A DNA stretch of 64,000 bases from Lobosporangium transversale. Taxonomy: Eukaryota. Position numbers and translations under genes: made by a program. The stretch is from NCBI RefSeq assembly GCF_002105155.1, contig NW_019029004.1, forward strand, positions 434,001 to 498,000. Reading direction: 5' to 3'. The notes below the pieces were generated by a model. The model did not search any database. It had not been told where the DNA came from and saw nothing but the letters and a program-made list of their open reading frames with translations. This document shows, one piece after another, positions 1 to 10,001 of this stretch (the stretch's first letter is position 1; the number at the start of each line of letters is the position of its first letter).

Positions 1-404
1 GTTTTGATATTTCTTTTCTTGTGATTAGAGAGAGACTTTATCTCAAAAAGTAATGTCAGCAAATGGATCATGGAAATATAACAGCCATTGGATCAGGATG
101 TGTCATACAGGAGATGTGGGTAGTAATTATTCAGCATGTCAAAAATGTAGAAATCTCATTGGTCCTTTGTCAAACAGGGATCACAAAAAGATCACGCCAT
201 CCACTTCCCCCCAGAAGGACGAATGAGGATTCACGAAGCAAATGAAGAAGATTAAGGTCAAAAGGAATGAAGATTGGAAACTTCAAACGCTCACTCATTC
301 CTTCATTCCTCAGTATTCACTTTTGCTACTCAAACACCTTCTTGCAGGGACACATACTCATTACTTACTTTCCTTATAACAGCCATCAGCAGACAATTAT
401 CAAT

Positions 405-1088
405 ATGCCTTCTAACAATTCTCCCTCTTCCCCCCTGTCTGACTCTTCAACTCTACATGAGTATGAGGACTATGAATTTATCCCTACGGAGCTTTCAACA
501 GCTCCGTCTTCACTCATATTAACAGAGACTGCAGACGTGGAGAATCGCAGTAACTTCGAAGGAGATACTGAGGAAGAGAGCAGCTATGACGCTGAGGACG
601 ACGAGGATTATGAGGGTGAGGAGGATCTGTGGGATAGTGACGAGGAGACTCGTGCCTGGAAAAAGGCACACTATCAGTTTTACCACCCAGAGGCACGGAG
701 CCGATCAGCCTCTCTGGAAATCCCAGGACCTCGTCCTATCAGGAAGCGAAAGGAGCCCTCTAGTGATGAAGAGTCATCAGGCAGCGAAAGCAGTGAAGCA
801 GAATTGTCAAGCTGTGGAGTGTACACGACTCTTGGGAAGAGAAGACGTTTGATGGCGGAGAATGGCGATGATTCCGCGAAGAGCCGCCTCCAAAGAGAAT
901 TCGCATGGGCTAAGAGGTATGAACGCCTCTACAAGAAGTATACTAAGTTGCGCAAGCAATCAGAGAAGTATAAGACTATGCGCATACGGGTAGAGAAAGT
1001 TGTAGATTCTCTTAACTCTCAGTTGCCATCACATCCAGTTGCTAGTTGCAAATGCTGCAAGGGAAAGAATAAAGTTGATGGTTGCTAA
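405..1088 (+). CDS. Hypothetical acidic/Ser-rich protein (~227 aa from ATG 405), antisense and convergent to the chromovirus integrase
   Basis: Open ORF 267-1088 with a CT-rich stretch before ATG 405. It has a D/E-rich tract, basic clusters RPIRKRK and GKRRR, a charged helical C-terminus and a CKCC motif. No family recognised. Confidence 0.55.
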   Translation: MPSNNSPSSPLSDSSTLHEYEDYEFIPTELSTAPSSLILTETADVENRSNFEGDTEEESSYDAEDDEDYEGEEDLWDSDEETRAWKKAHYQFYHPEARSRSASLEIPGPRPIRKRKEPSSDEESSGSESSEAELSSCGVYTTLGKRRRLMAENGDDSAKSRLQREFAWAKRYERLYKKYTKLRKQSEKYKTMRIRVEKVVDSLNSQLPSHPVASCKCCKGKNKVDGC

Positions 1089-1250
1089 ATTGAAATTTAT
1101 TGACTGTTGCGTTGCAAAAAAAAAAAAAAAAAAAAAAAAAATATTGAAATGAGGACGAGTGTGTGCTCTCTTTTCTTCATACTGGAGAAAACTTATTTGT
1201 ACAAAAACCCTAGTTATCTCAACCCTACTAATATAACAGCTCTCTGCACT

Positions 1251-2795
1251 TTACAGCTTTGCCGCTACATGACGCTTGTGCCGTTTGGTCTGATTATGGG
1301 TGAGTTGTCTCTGCTTCCTCTTAAGAAGTCTTGTTGACTCTGATGCGTTATTCTTTTGCTGCTTCTTCCTCTTTCTGTCATTAATATGAGGATTTTGCTG
1401 TCTTAGGTTCTTCCAATATTGACGAATGATGATGTCCGAGTCAAAATTCTCATAAGGAATTTGCTCGTTGTATGAGGAGTCATAGCCCTTCCACTTTACA
1501 GTATACATCATTCCTTTTCCCGTGAGTTCGTGGTCAACGATAGACTCTATTTCATACGACTCTTCACTGGGAGCATCAAAAGCTTGAGTGACCATTTTGA
1601 GCTGGCTCGGAGCATAATTACGAGCCAATTTCTGGTTGGTAGCGTCTAGCAGAGTGTAGGCACCATTTTCGGTACGAGCCACTACTTTGTATGGGCCTTG
1701 GTATTTAGGTGCTAATTTACCATTGGGCAATTCTTCCTTCGCCATGACAAACGCTCCAGGTGGGAACTGAAGGATTTTGTGTGTCCTGTTGAATTTCTCC
1801 ACCATTCTTTTTTGCGTGTCAGAACTCTTATCATCGATAGCAGGGAAAACTAACGCGGTGAGATATTCCAATCTGTTCTGTAATTCTTCTTCAGACAGGA
1901 GATGTGACTCGGCTGAGGAAAAATCCGTTAGTCCTGCAAATGAGCGTCCATAGAATAATGAGAATGGCGTTGAATGATGTAGACTCGCGACTCTAGTATT
2001 CATTTGGAGCTGAACCATTGGAAGATGGATGTCCCAATCATTCTGTATGCCTTCGAGTTGTTTTCTGAGGATGTCCTTAAATGTGCGGACAAACCTCTCC
2101 GCTACACCATTCGAGCGTGGATGATATGGCGTGGAGAGTCTATGCTCTATTTGCAACTTTTGCGTTATGAGACGTGACACTCCATTGACGAATTCAGTGC
2201 CATTATCAGTTTGGATAATTTTAGGGAATCCAATAGAGCAGAATAGCTTGAAGAGGGTGCTGGCCACCGTAATGGCTTCCTTATCAGGCAGAGGCTCCAG
2301 GAATACAAATCTTGTGCAGATGTCAACCACTACTAAAGCGTAGTTATTACCCCTGGAACTGGTTTCAAATGAGGCTAAATCGAATGCTATGTGTTCCCCT
2401 GGGAGTCTGGCATGTATGGCAGTTAAAGGATGATACCCCTTTCTAGCTATGTTGAATCTTTGGCATGGTCCGCATTGGCTAACCCATTTGAGACAATCAT
2501 CTCTCAATTTAGGCCAAGTAAAGCCTTTAGCATGGATAGCAGTAACCATGGCATTTCCTCCAGGATGACCGAATTCGTGTGCTAGGCGAAGATGCTGAAG
2601 CTTTTCTTCAGGATCTTGGATGATTTTTCTAGAAGCATCCTCCAACTGAAGTTGATGAGAGTAAGGAGCAGTTATATCAATAACCTGTAGAGTGGAAGGC
2701 AGCTGCTGCGAATCAGATGACTGTGGAGCTGCCTGAACATTCTCGGTAGTCTCTGTTCTCGCCTCATAGAAGCAATCTGCCGACTCGTAGAACAT
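1251..2795 (-). CDS. Integrase with GPY module and chromodomain of element A, in the -1 frame relative to RNase H
   Basis: HHCC zinc finger (HEFGH...CGPC), DDE core (AFDL, TDNGTEF, NGVAERF), KYQGPY, chromodomain YEIESIVDH...YTVKWKGYDSSYN. Confidence 0.93.
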   Translation of the reverse strand: MFYESADCFYEARTETTENVQAAPQSSDSQQLPSTLQVIDITAPYSHQLQLEDASRKIIQDPEEKLQHLRLAHEFGHPGGNAMVTAIHAKGFTWPKLRDDCLKWVSQCGPCQRFNIARKGYHPLTAIHARLPGEHIAFDLASFETSSRGNNYALVVVDICTRFVFLEPLPDKEAITVASTLFKLFCSIGFPKIIQTDNGTEFVNGVSRLITQKLQIEHRLSTPYHPRSNGVAERFVRTFKDILRKQLEGIQNDWDIHLPMVQLQMNTRVASLHHSTPFSLFYGRSFAGLTDFSSAESHLLSEEELQNRLEYLTALVFPAIDDKSSDTQKRMVEKFNRTHKILQFPPGAFVMAKEELPNGKLAPKYQGPYKVVARTENGAYTLLDATNQKLARNYAPSQLKMVTQAFDAPSEESYEIESIVDHELTGKGMMYTVKWKGYDSSYNEQIPYENFDSDIIIRQYWKNLRQQNPHINDRKRKKQQKNNASESTRLLKRKQRQLTHNQTKRHKRHVAAKL

Positions 2796-5700
2796 GTAAC
2801 TTGTTCTTCTTTAGGAGACTTCCACAATTCCTCAGGAAATGCGCGAGATAATGCGTCTGGAATAATGTTCAGCAGGCCTGGACGATAAATACATTCAAAA
2901 TCATAGTTGAGCAGAGTGGCCTTCCAATTCAGGATTATTTGTGGCAACTCCTTCTGTTCATGAATGTACGTCAGAGGTCTGTGATCAGTATATAATGTAA
3001 ATCTTCTTCCCCAAAGGTAATGGTGAAATTTCATTAGTGCAAAAATAATTGCTAAGAGTTCCTTCTTGTAAGCTGGGTAATTTTTCTCATGCTTATGCAA
3101 TGCTCTGGCTTGAAAGGATATGTAGTTGACCTTGGTTTCATCTTCCTTACCACCTGGTAGCTGATATAGGACAGCTCCTATGCCTACGTTAGAGGCATCT
3201 GTGGCTACAAAGAATTGCTGAGTAAAATCAGGGAACGATAAGGCTGGAGCTTGGGATATAAGCGATCTGATGCTGTTAAAGCTTCGCATTTGCTCCTTAT
3301 TAAGATCAAAAGTGCCTTTGGCATTGCGCAGGGCATCTAGAGGTGCTGTGAGCGAGCTGTACAAGGGTATATACTCCCTAAAATAATTGAAGAGGCCTAA
3401 ATAGCGTTGAACCATCTTCTTATTGGTAGGTGGTGTCCATGAATGCACATTAGCAACCTTGTTGATATCTATTTTGCGTCCTTCTTTGTTGATTATGAAC
3501 CCCAGTAGTAGCACTTCTGTACTAAGGAATTTACTCTTTTCTCTATTGATTATCAACTTTGCAGCTGTAAGCCTTTCTATGACAATGCTGACATGAAGAA
3601 TATGATCCTCTGCTGTGTGCGAATAGACAATAATGTCATCCACATAATTGTCAGCAAAGTGCAGATCATCTAAGAGTTGTGACATTCCTCTTTGGAAGAT
3701 ACTCGTGAGGGGTTTTAAACCAAAAGGTGCTCTAGCAAACATATATTGCTTACCACCGTACGTAAATGCAGTTAGTGGTTGGCTTGATTTCTCTACAGGC
3801 ATGCGATGATACGCCTGAGACAGATCAATTGCGGTGAAATACAGATGCCCTGCTACCCTCTGCTGGATATCAGTGATTAATGGTAGAGGGAAGACATCAG
3901 TATCCTCTAGTTGACGATTCAACATTCTTGGATCAAGGCATACTCTATATTTCAGAATATTACCATCCAGGTCACGGCGTGCTGCCATTGTCAGGGAGTT
4001 ATTATACGGACACCCCTTAGGTGCTGGAACGATAACACCCGTTTCTTGCCACTTCTGGATGGTCTTTTCCACTTCTTCTTTTTCAATTTGCGAATGGAAT
4101 GGGCGAGATCTTTCCTGGATGATACAGGTGGGTTTAACCTTTAGCTGGACCTTCATTGTATCAAGATTGCAAAATGAATTTGGCGAGATGGCTTCATTCG
4201 CCTGTAAATAAGGCTCCAGTGCTAACAGGAACTTTTCTTTCAATGCTTTGAATTCAGCATTGTTTTCTCTTTCTGGAGTTTGTGACGGAATGACTTGAGG
4301 TTTTTCATCATATGGGACCCATAGGGATTCCTCCTCTCGTATCTCCGGCATGGCTATTCCCGTGATGGAAAAGCCGAGTCTAGCGAAGAGATCCATTCCC
4401 AACACGAAGTCATAATACTCAATGTCCATGACCGACAATTGATATTCTCCAGATCTATTGTTGCAGACCAATTGGACTTTATCACAAGTAATGACATTAT
4501 CCGTGCTAGTCCCTTTTTCTATCATTGCTATAGATTCTCCTGGTACTCGACCATAGCGAATACCTTGCTCTATGGCTACTTCCTTACTGAGCAAAGAAGT
4601 TGTGGCGCCTGGATCTAACAATGCTGTATATTGTTGCCCGTTTATAAATATAGGCACAGCTATTCTATTATCACCAGGAGCGGGACCTTTGAAAGCCCCT
4701 AGGTGCTTGATACAAGCTTTCTCAACAATTGAGTACGAGGAAAAGAAGGATTCTTTATTCGGAATTATGTCTCTTATGAGCGCACTATCACTAATCCTCT
4801 TAAAAGCACTGACTGAGGCAAGCGGCTTGCGCACATCAGTTCTCTTGACGTCCTTGGGCTTATCCTTAGAATGATCTCTGACTTGATCCTTAGCATAGCG
4901 ACAGTCCTCCGGGGCATGTTTGTACGGATTCGACCTACACTTCTCCGTTCCCTTACACCAGACCTTGAATGGTTTAGCCTTCTTGGCTTCTCTATCACTT
5001 GACGGATTGGCATTAGGTCGAGATCTTTTATGACTAGATCTCGGAACCTCTCTAGGAGTGTATTCCGATCTGGACTTGATGGATCGCAAATACTGTTCTC
5101 CAGCGTCTCCTCCATACTTCTGGATAAACCAATGGGCGTCATCGGTTCGTTTCTCACCTAAGGCACCTGGTGTCTTTTCTAGGAACTCTAGAAACTCCTT
5201 CAAAGAGCTAACACTTTTCACTGAGCCGAATTCCTTGATGACAGCCTGAAATCCTACGTCGGACAGATGATTGCATAAAGCTTTGATGAGCATATAGCAG
5301 CCACCATCTGGGATTCCAGCTGCCTCAACCAGTGGTAGCAATCGTTGCGCGAACGACCTAATAGTGTCATTCTTCTCAGGCCTCATAACTAGCGCCATAT
5401 CAGCGATGTAAGCCCCTAGAATGTCAAACTTTAGAGCTTTATTCAAGCATGTAACTGCCCGAGACCAGGTCCTGTCTTGAAGAGGCACTTTCTTGATGAG
5501 ATCGTCATAGTCTCGCGCCAGGCCGGACACTTTGGAAACGCAGAGGGATAAGTAATCCCATGCTAGTTTGTCGAAAAGAACATCAGAAAGGTTACGACGG
5601 AATATCCTCTCAAAGTCATCACGGAAAGTGATAACCCTGATTGCTATTTCCTTGACCATATTCTTGCCGGGAACCTTGGACACGTCTAAATCAAGCATAG

Positions 5701-6325
5701 GCGCATCCGCAAACGTTTTCTTCTTGACCTTGGTATAGTCTACCTCTTCTGAATCTTCCATCAAAGGAATGTTCTCTTCTTTGAAGATTCGATGAAGTGC
5801 GTCATGTTCGGGATTAGCAGGATCCCATTTCACCGTTATACGGTGACTATCTACTTCAGACACACTCGATCTATCAATCGAAATGTCCTCGCTTGAAGAT
5901 AAGCCATTTCTGACCTCCTCCATATGTTCAATAGAACTATTCAAGTCTTCAGTTTGTCTTACTAAGACCTTCAAGATGTCTGCCTTCTGTTGAGCGAGAT
6001 CGCCTAAGGCCTTGGTAAGTGTCTTTTCATCAACGTCAATTTTTCTTAACTTTGATTTGGCATCATTGTACCTAAGGAACAGCAATGCCTTCTTTCTGAG
6101 TGTCTCCTCCTTCTGAAGTCTATAACTTCGAAGAAGCATCGTAACATTCTCGATATCGGGAACAGCATCACTGCCGAACTCGACTACACTCTCCGTCGTA
6201 TCTACGACCAGGCTAGCCACCAATAAGTTCAACTGCTCGACAGGTGTCAAGCCTGAGCCATTCTCTGGTGAAGAGATTTCCATATCAACATCTTCGTTAA
6301 TTGGTACTTTATTAATATTAGACAT
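2672..6325 (-). CDS. Fused Gag-protease-RT-RNase H polyprotein of element A
   Basis: Protease LLDPGATTSL; RT IDLSQAYH, APFGL, NYVDD; RNase H ATDASNVGIGAVL, KELLAI, YTDHRPL, PDALSR; atypical Cys/His knuckle CKGTEKCRSNPYKHAPEDC. Confidence 0.95.
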   Translation of the reverse strand: MSNINKVPINEDVDMEISSPENGSGLTPVEQLNLLVASLVVDTTESVVEFGSDAVPDIENVTMLLRSYRLQKEETLRKKALLFLRYNDAKSKLRKIDVDEKTLTKALGDLAQQKADILKVLVRQTEDLNSSIEHMEEVRNGLSSSEDISIDRSSVSEVDSHRITVKWDPANPEHDALHRIFKEENIPLMEDSEEVDYTKVKKKTFADAPMLDLDVSKVPGKNMVKEIAIRVITFRDDFERIFRRNLSDVLFDKLAWDYLSLCVSKVSGLARDYDDLIKKVPLQDRTWSRAVTCLNKALKFDILGAYIADMALVMRPEKNDTIRSFAQRLLPLVEAAGIPDGGCYMLIKALCNHLSDVGFQAVIKEFGSVKSVSSLKEFLEFLEKTPGALGEKRTDDAHWFIQKYGGDAGEQYLRSIKSRSEYTPREVPRSSHKRSRPNANPSSDREAKKAKPFKVWCKGTEKCRSNPYKHAPEDCRYAKDQVRDHSKDKPKDVKRTDVRKPLASVSAFKRISDSALIRDIIPNKESFFSSYSIVEKACIKHLGAFKGPAPGDNRIAVPIFINGQQYTALLDPGATTSLLSKEVAIEQGIRYGRVPGESIAMIEKGTSTDNVITCDKVQLVCNNRSGEYQLSVMDIEYYDFVLGMDLFARLGFSITGIAMPEIREEESLWVPYDEKPQVIPSQTPERENNAEFKALKEKFLLALEPYLQANEAISPNSFCNLDTMKVQLKVKPTCIIQERSRPFHSQIEKEEVEKTIQKWQETGVIVPAPKGCPYNNSLTMAARRDLDGNILKYRVCLDPRMLNRQLEDTDVFPLPLITDIQQRVAGHLYFTAIDLSQAYHRMPVEKSSQPLTAFTYGGKQYMFARAPFGLKPLTSIFQRGMSQLLDDLHFADNYVDDIIVYSHTAEDHILHVSIVIERLTAAKLIINREKSKFLSTEVLLLGFIINKEGRKIDINKVANVHSWTPPTNKKMVQRYLGLFNYFREYIPLYSSLTAPLDALRNAKGTFDLNKEQMRSFNSIRSLISQAPALSFPDFTQQFFVATDASNVGIGAVLYQLPGGKEDETKVNYISFQARALHKHEKNYPAYKKELLAIIFALMKFHHYLWGRRFTLYTDHRPLTYIHEQKELPQIILNWKATLLNYDFECIYRPGLLNIIPDALSRAFPEELWKSPKEEQVTCSTSRQIASMRREQRLPRMFRQLHSHLIRSSCLPLYRLLI

Positions 6326-6420
6326 GATTGAAATAAAGGATGGATTGAAATTATGGAAAAAAATGGTTGGATGGATTGATAAAATGGATGGATGTAACTC
6401 TATGTAGATCCTTGAAAAAA

Positions 6421-6590
6421 TGAAATGTTTTATGGTAAATCGGAAGTCAAGGAGATCAAAAGTTGTTTATTATTTTAGCTAGGTCGGAGCCTTATATAGG
6501 CTCCAACATAGCCGTCACTAATTGCTCTGATCTATGAATAAAAAGGGGAGTGCTCCATTTGGGTACACTCCCTAGCCTCAGGACGTAACA
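6421..6590 (-). repeat. 5' LTR of element A (~165-170 bp)
   Basis: On the minus strand it starts TGTTACG and ends AAAACA(TTTCA); the end is uncertain by 5 bp (6426 or 6421). It contains TATATAA inside a GGAGCC/GGCTCC hairpin, and AATAAA. It is followed by a T-run rather than a TGG tRNA primer-binding site. Confidence 0.75.
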
Positions 6591-7830
6591 GGTGTAGCCG
6601 ACCTCCTACTGGCGTCCCCTTCCTTGTCCCCTTCCCCGTGTGGAAGGGGAGCTCCGAAAAAATTGGCCGCCCAAGCCGTAATTATTATTTTGCTGTGGTT
6701 GCGTTGTTTGTTGGCTTTGAGTTTGAGGGGTCGCTTGTTGATACTGCTGTGTTTGAGTAGATGAATTGTTTCCAAAGCGACCTTGCCTATCTCGGTAGTC
6801 TCTACCTCGGTTAGGATTGCTGTATTTCTTGATATTTTGCGAAAGCTTAGCATGTTCAAGTAAATCAGTTGTTTCGACCAGCTGGCGTCGGGTTGATGTG
6901 TCTGTAGGAGTGATAAATTTCTTCTCCTTGTAGAATGCTTCAGTGCGGATTTTATTGACCTGTTCGCAGAGCGTGGAGATTTGAGTTCGGACTGTATCCA
7001 GGGTGCGGAGGATATGTTGTACTGGAACGTCATTGCCGTTTTGAGAGACAAGTGCATGCGCTGCTGCATCGAGTGGTCTCGTAATGTGTGCCGCTTTTGT
7101 TGCCAGTGTGACCAATTTCTGATCAGCATTCTTGAGACTATCGGAGATAGTCCATTCTTTGGGGATTGCTGGAGGCGTGTATTCCATATCTTCCACTTTT
7201 GGAAATTGGCTAATATCGTAGTAACGTTGTTCCTCGTCATTGAGCTTGACTGTGTGGAATTCTTTTCGTCTCTTGAGGAAAGGCATAACTTGTTCCAAAT
7301 CCTCGTAGGGTGCCAGGTAGCATAGAGGCTCCGTCCGACGCATAAATGGGTCTTGGGTTGGTGTGCCTGGCTGGTGGAACGCGCCTCCGTTCTGGGAGAA
7401 CTGCGTGAGAGCACTGATAGCTTGCAGGATCTCCGGAGGGAGGGCATGTTGGATTTCTGGAAGGGAAGGGTTACTAGGTAGGGTGGATGGTGGAGCGGGG
7501 TTGCCCTCCAGGATCGATGGACCGGGATTGCCGTCCGTAGAGAGGTTAGTGGCAGTGTAGGTGTGGACATTATTATCATTGAAGTTCATTTTTCTATAGA
7601 GATGGACGTGTTCCTGAAGCTCGAGAAAAAGAAAGATGTAGTACCAGATCAGCCAGCAGAGAGAGTTTAAAAAAAAAAAAAAAGTTTATTTTTAGTTTAA
7701 GGGTAGTTCTGTAGCTCGAGATTTATTAAAGAGAAAGATTACACAGGGAAAGGGTCGCTGGACTATGAAGGATAAATATCATTGATATTTGTAATTAGAG
7801 TCCTCGCCAGAAAGTCGTCGACTAATATAT
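6591..7830 (-). mobile_element. 5' part of a DIRS-type (tyrosine-recombinase) retrotransposon, interrupted by element A
   Basis: The gag-like ORF is overlapped at its end by a frame reading GTPVGGRLH, the typical DIRS pol start, which stops at the LTR TGTTACG. The outer boundary is approximate. Confidence 0.7.
6606..7589 (-). CDS. DIRS-type Gag-like ORF1 (327 aa)
   Basis: FPK..MEYTPP and TRPLD motifs, helical core and Q/N/RG-rich tail; lies directly before the PVGGRL pol start. Confidence 0.7.
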   Translation of the reverse strand: MNFNDNNVHTYTATNLSTDGNPGPSILEGNPAPPSTLPSNPSLPEIQHALPPEILQAISALTQFSQNGGAFHQPGTPTQDPFMRRTEPLCYLAPYEDLEQVMPFLKRRKEFHTVKLNDEEQRYYDISQFPKVEDMEYTPPAIPKEWTISDSLKNADQKLVTLATKAAHITRPLDAAAHALVSQNGNDVPVQHILRTLDTVRTQISTLCEQVNKIRTEAFYKEKKFITPTDTSTRRQLVETTDLLEHAKLSQNIKKYSNPNRGRDYRDRQGRFGNNSSTQTQQYQQATPQTQSQQTTQPQQNNNYGLGGQFFRSSPSTRGRGQGRGRQ

Positions 7831-8299
7831 TTTTAAAATACTCAATTTGAATTAAAAACTGGAAAAACAGAAATTTACGTACAAAGACTTCCCTCATCCA
7901 TTTTTCATATAATTTTTTGAATAAACTTGACTGTATTGGAAACCGTTGTTTTTTTATGAATCTGAAACTGACCGACGAAGCAGATACTATAACGAGAGAA
8001 GACGCGTCCAAGGAATGTTGGATGAGGCGGACGAGAGGCATTATCAAGAGAACAATGATGAACAGGAGACAATTGAGGACATTAGCGAGGAGATTAGACT
8101 CGACAGCAGTGAGTGGGACCTAGAACTCGATAGAGTAGTAAACCAATAGCAAGCTGAGGATGTAATAATGGGATCTGAGGTCGAGCATCTTGCACCAGAT
8201 ACTGGAAACATGTTTGGTTTAGTAGAGGATAGCGAGTCTGAGGACGAGCCTCTTATCAATCGAAAATGCTCTCGTAAAAATTAAAATTTTGAGTTTGTA

Positions 8300-9902
8300 T
8301 GGTGCGTGCCAAAACTGATGCAATAATTTGCATTTTTTAACATTCATTCCTCATTCTCCTTTTCCTTTCTAATGATCTTCCCTACCATCACCGCTTCTCA
8401 TTCTCATTTGTCTCACCTTCGTAGACTGTCATCGCTGTTCTCATCAATGACGCAATTAGCGAATAATCGCCATTTGTATAGTCATGTCTCATTGCATCAG
8501 TTTTGGTAAAAAGTACATGTCAGGTTTGTCCATCCCTTACTTCTTTCTTATTCTTTATTCTTTCTTTATAGCACCATCACCACTGATACACCAAGCGACA
8601 CTCTACATATCTGCCATATCTTTATCATAACATGAAATCATTATCCAAATCAACTATCCAAAATGCAACTGCTCTACTTCATCAGGGAAAGTCTTCCAGA
8701 GAAGTGTCAAAGAGTTTAGGGATATCTGTTACCTCAGCTCAAAGGATTAGGAAAAGAGGCAAAGAAAGTATTCCAGTGCTGAGAGGGGGCCGACCCTGCA
8801 AAGTTACTAAGAAAACGAAACAGCTTTTATCAAGATTTTTTGACATGGGTGTATTGGAGACCCTAAAAGATGGCCAACAACTTGTTCAATTGAGGGAAGG
8901 AGTGCAGGTTAGTAAATCGAGCATCAGGAGGTTCCTTATGCAGGATGATATGGGGGCATATGTAAAACAGAAGCAGCCTGATCTGACGAAGAAGCAAATC
9001 TATGCTCGATATAATTTTGCAAAGGATCACTTGGACTGGACTCTAGAAGACTGGAAGAACGTCATGTTCTCAGATGAGACCATCTTTAGCAGAGTTGGGT
9101 CCTGCGGAAGAAAGTACTACTACAAGCATCGATGGGATAAAACTCTACGAGCACATCATATCAAAAAGACAAGGCAAGGCGGTGGAGGCAAAATGATGTT
9201 CTGGGGTTGTATAACTTACTACGGACCAGGCGATGGCTGCTGGCTCCAAGAGAAGGTGGATTCGGTAACATACGTCGACGTTCTCAAGGATTATATCTTT
9301 AAGTCCAGGGATTACTACTTGATGGATAAGGACAAATTTATATTTCAGCAGGACAATGCTAGGATTCATACCGGAAGAATAGCAATGCCCTATATCCAAA
9401 AGTCTAAGATACCTCTCATGGAATGGCCAGCAAACTCTCCTGACATCAACCCAATAGAAAACATATGGGCATACATGAAGGTGCAGTTGGATCATTATCC
9501 AGACAAGGCAAAGAATATGGAGGATCTCTGGGAGAGAGTCCAAGACGTATGGACACATATCCCTCCTGAATTCTTACACAAACTATACTGCGGTATGCCG
9601 AAGAGGATGAGGGAGTTATATAAGGCTAAAGGAGGGAACATCGTTAGGGGAAAGGAGAAGTAACAGGAATAAATAAAAACAAGAAGTTGTTAATTGCCAT
9701 AATAGATGCAATGAGATGCTGAAAGCAAATTGCAATTAAATGCTAATTAGGCCACTGATGGCGATGACGATGAGACTCCATGGAGGTGAGACAAATGAGA
9801 ATGAGAAACGGTGGTGGCAGGGAAGATCATAAAGAGGAAGAAGGAGAATGAGGAATGAATGTTGAAAAATGCAATTTATTGCATCAGTTTTGGCACGCAC
9901 TA
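8300..9902 (+). mobile_element. Tc1 DNA transposon family A, copy 1 (1603 bp)
   Basis: TA target duplication at 8298-8299 and 9903-9904; imperfect ~200-bp TIRs starting T(G/A)GTGCGTGCCAAAACTGATGCAAT. Confidence 0.97.
8632..9663 (+). CDS. Intact Tc1 DD34E transposase (343 aa)
   Basis: N-terminal HTH, GRP motif, FSDET, MFWGC, QQDNA...SPDINPIE with 34 residues between D and E. Confidence 0.97.
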   Translation: MKSLSKSTIQNATALLHQGKSSREVSKSLGISVTSAQRIRKRGKESIPVLRGGRPCKVTKKTKQLLSRFFDMGVLETLKDGQQLVQLREGVQVSKSSIRRFLMQDDMGAYVKQKQPDLTKKQIYARYNFAKDHLDWTLEDWKNVMFSDETIFSRVGSCGRKYYYKHRWDKTLRAHHIKKTRQGGGGKMMFWGCITYYGPGDGCWLQEKVDSVTYVDVLKDYIFKSRDYYLMDKDKFIFQQDNARIHTGRIAMPYIQKSKIPLMEWPANSPDINPIENIWAYMKVQLDHYPDKAKNMEDLWERVQDVWTHIPPEFLHKLYCGMPKRMRELYKAKGGNIVRGKEK

Positions 9903-10001
9903 TAACACTGTGCTCTTCTTTCTCTTTCCTCCCGCTGTTCTACACTTAGGGGATCAAGTGGCTCTCTTGGGTCTTCTTCCACGCCACTGAGGTAACTTAT
10001 A

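Larger units (their letters stand above)
1251..6590 (-). mobile_element. Ty3/gypsy chromovirus LTR retrotransposon A (5' LTR, gag-pol, integrase-chromodomain); 3' LTR not seen in window
   Basis: Domain order PR-RT-RH-IN-chromo, with an LTR-like unit at 6421-6590 upstream of the ATG at 6325. Confidence 0.95.

Noticed and set aside
1..212. Purine tract GGGGGGAAGTGGA followed by TG on the minus strand as PPT and 3' LTR of element A
   Set aside because: The sequence does not match the 5' LTR at 6421-6590.
6578..7579. 333-aa alternative-frame ORF overlapping the DIRS gag
   Set aside because: No recognisable motifs; probably a shadow frame of the gag sequence.
7850..8283. Acidic ORF fragment between the DIRS end and Tc1-A
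   Set aside because: Interrupted by stops with no recognisable domain; cannot be assigned.
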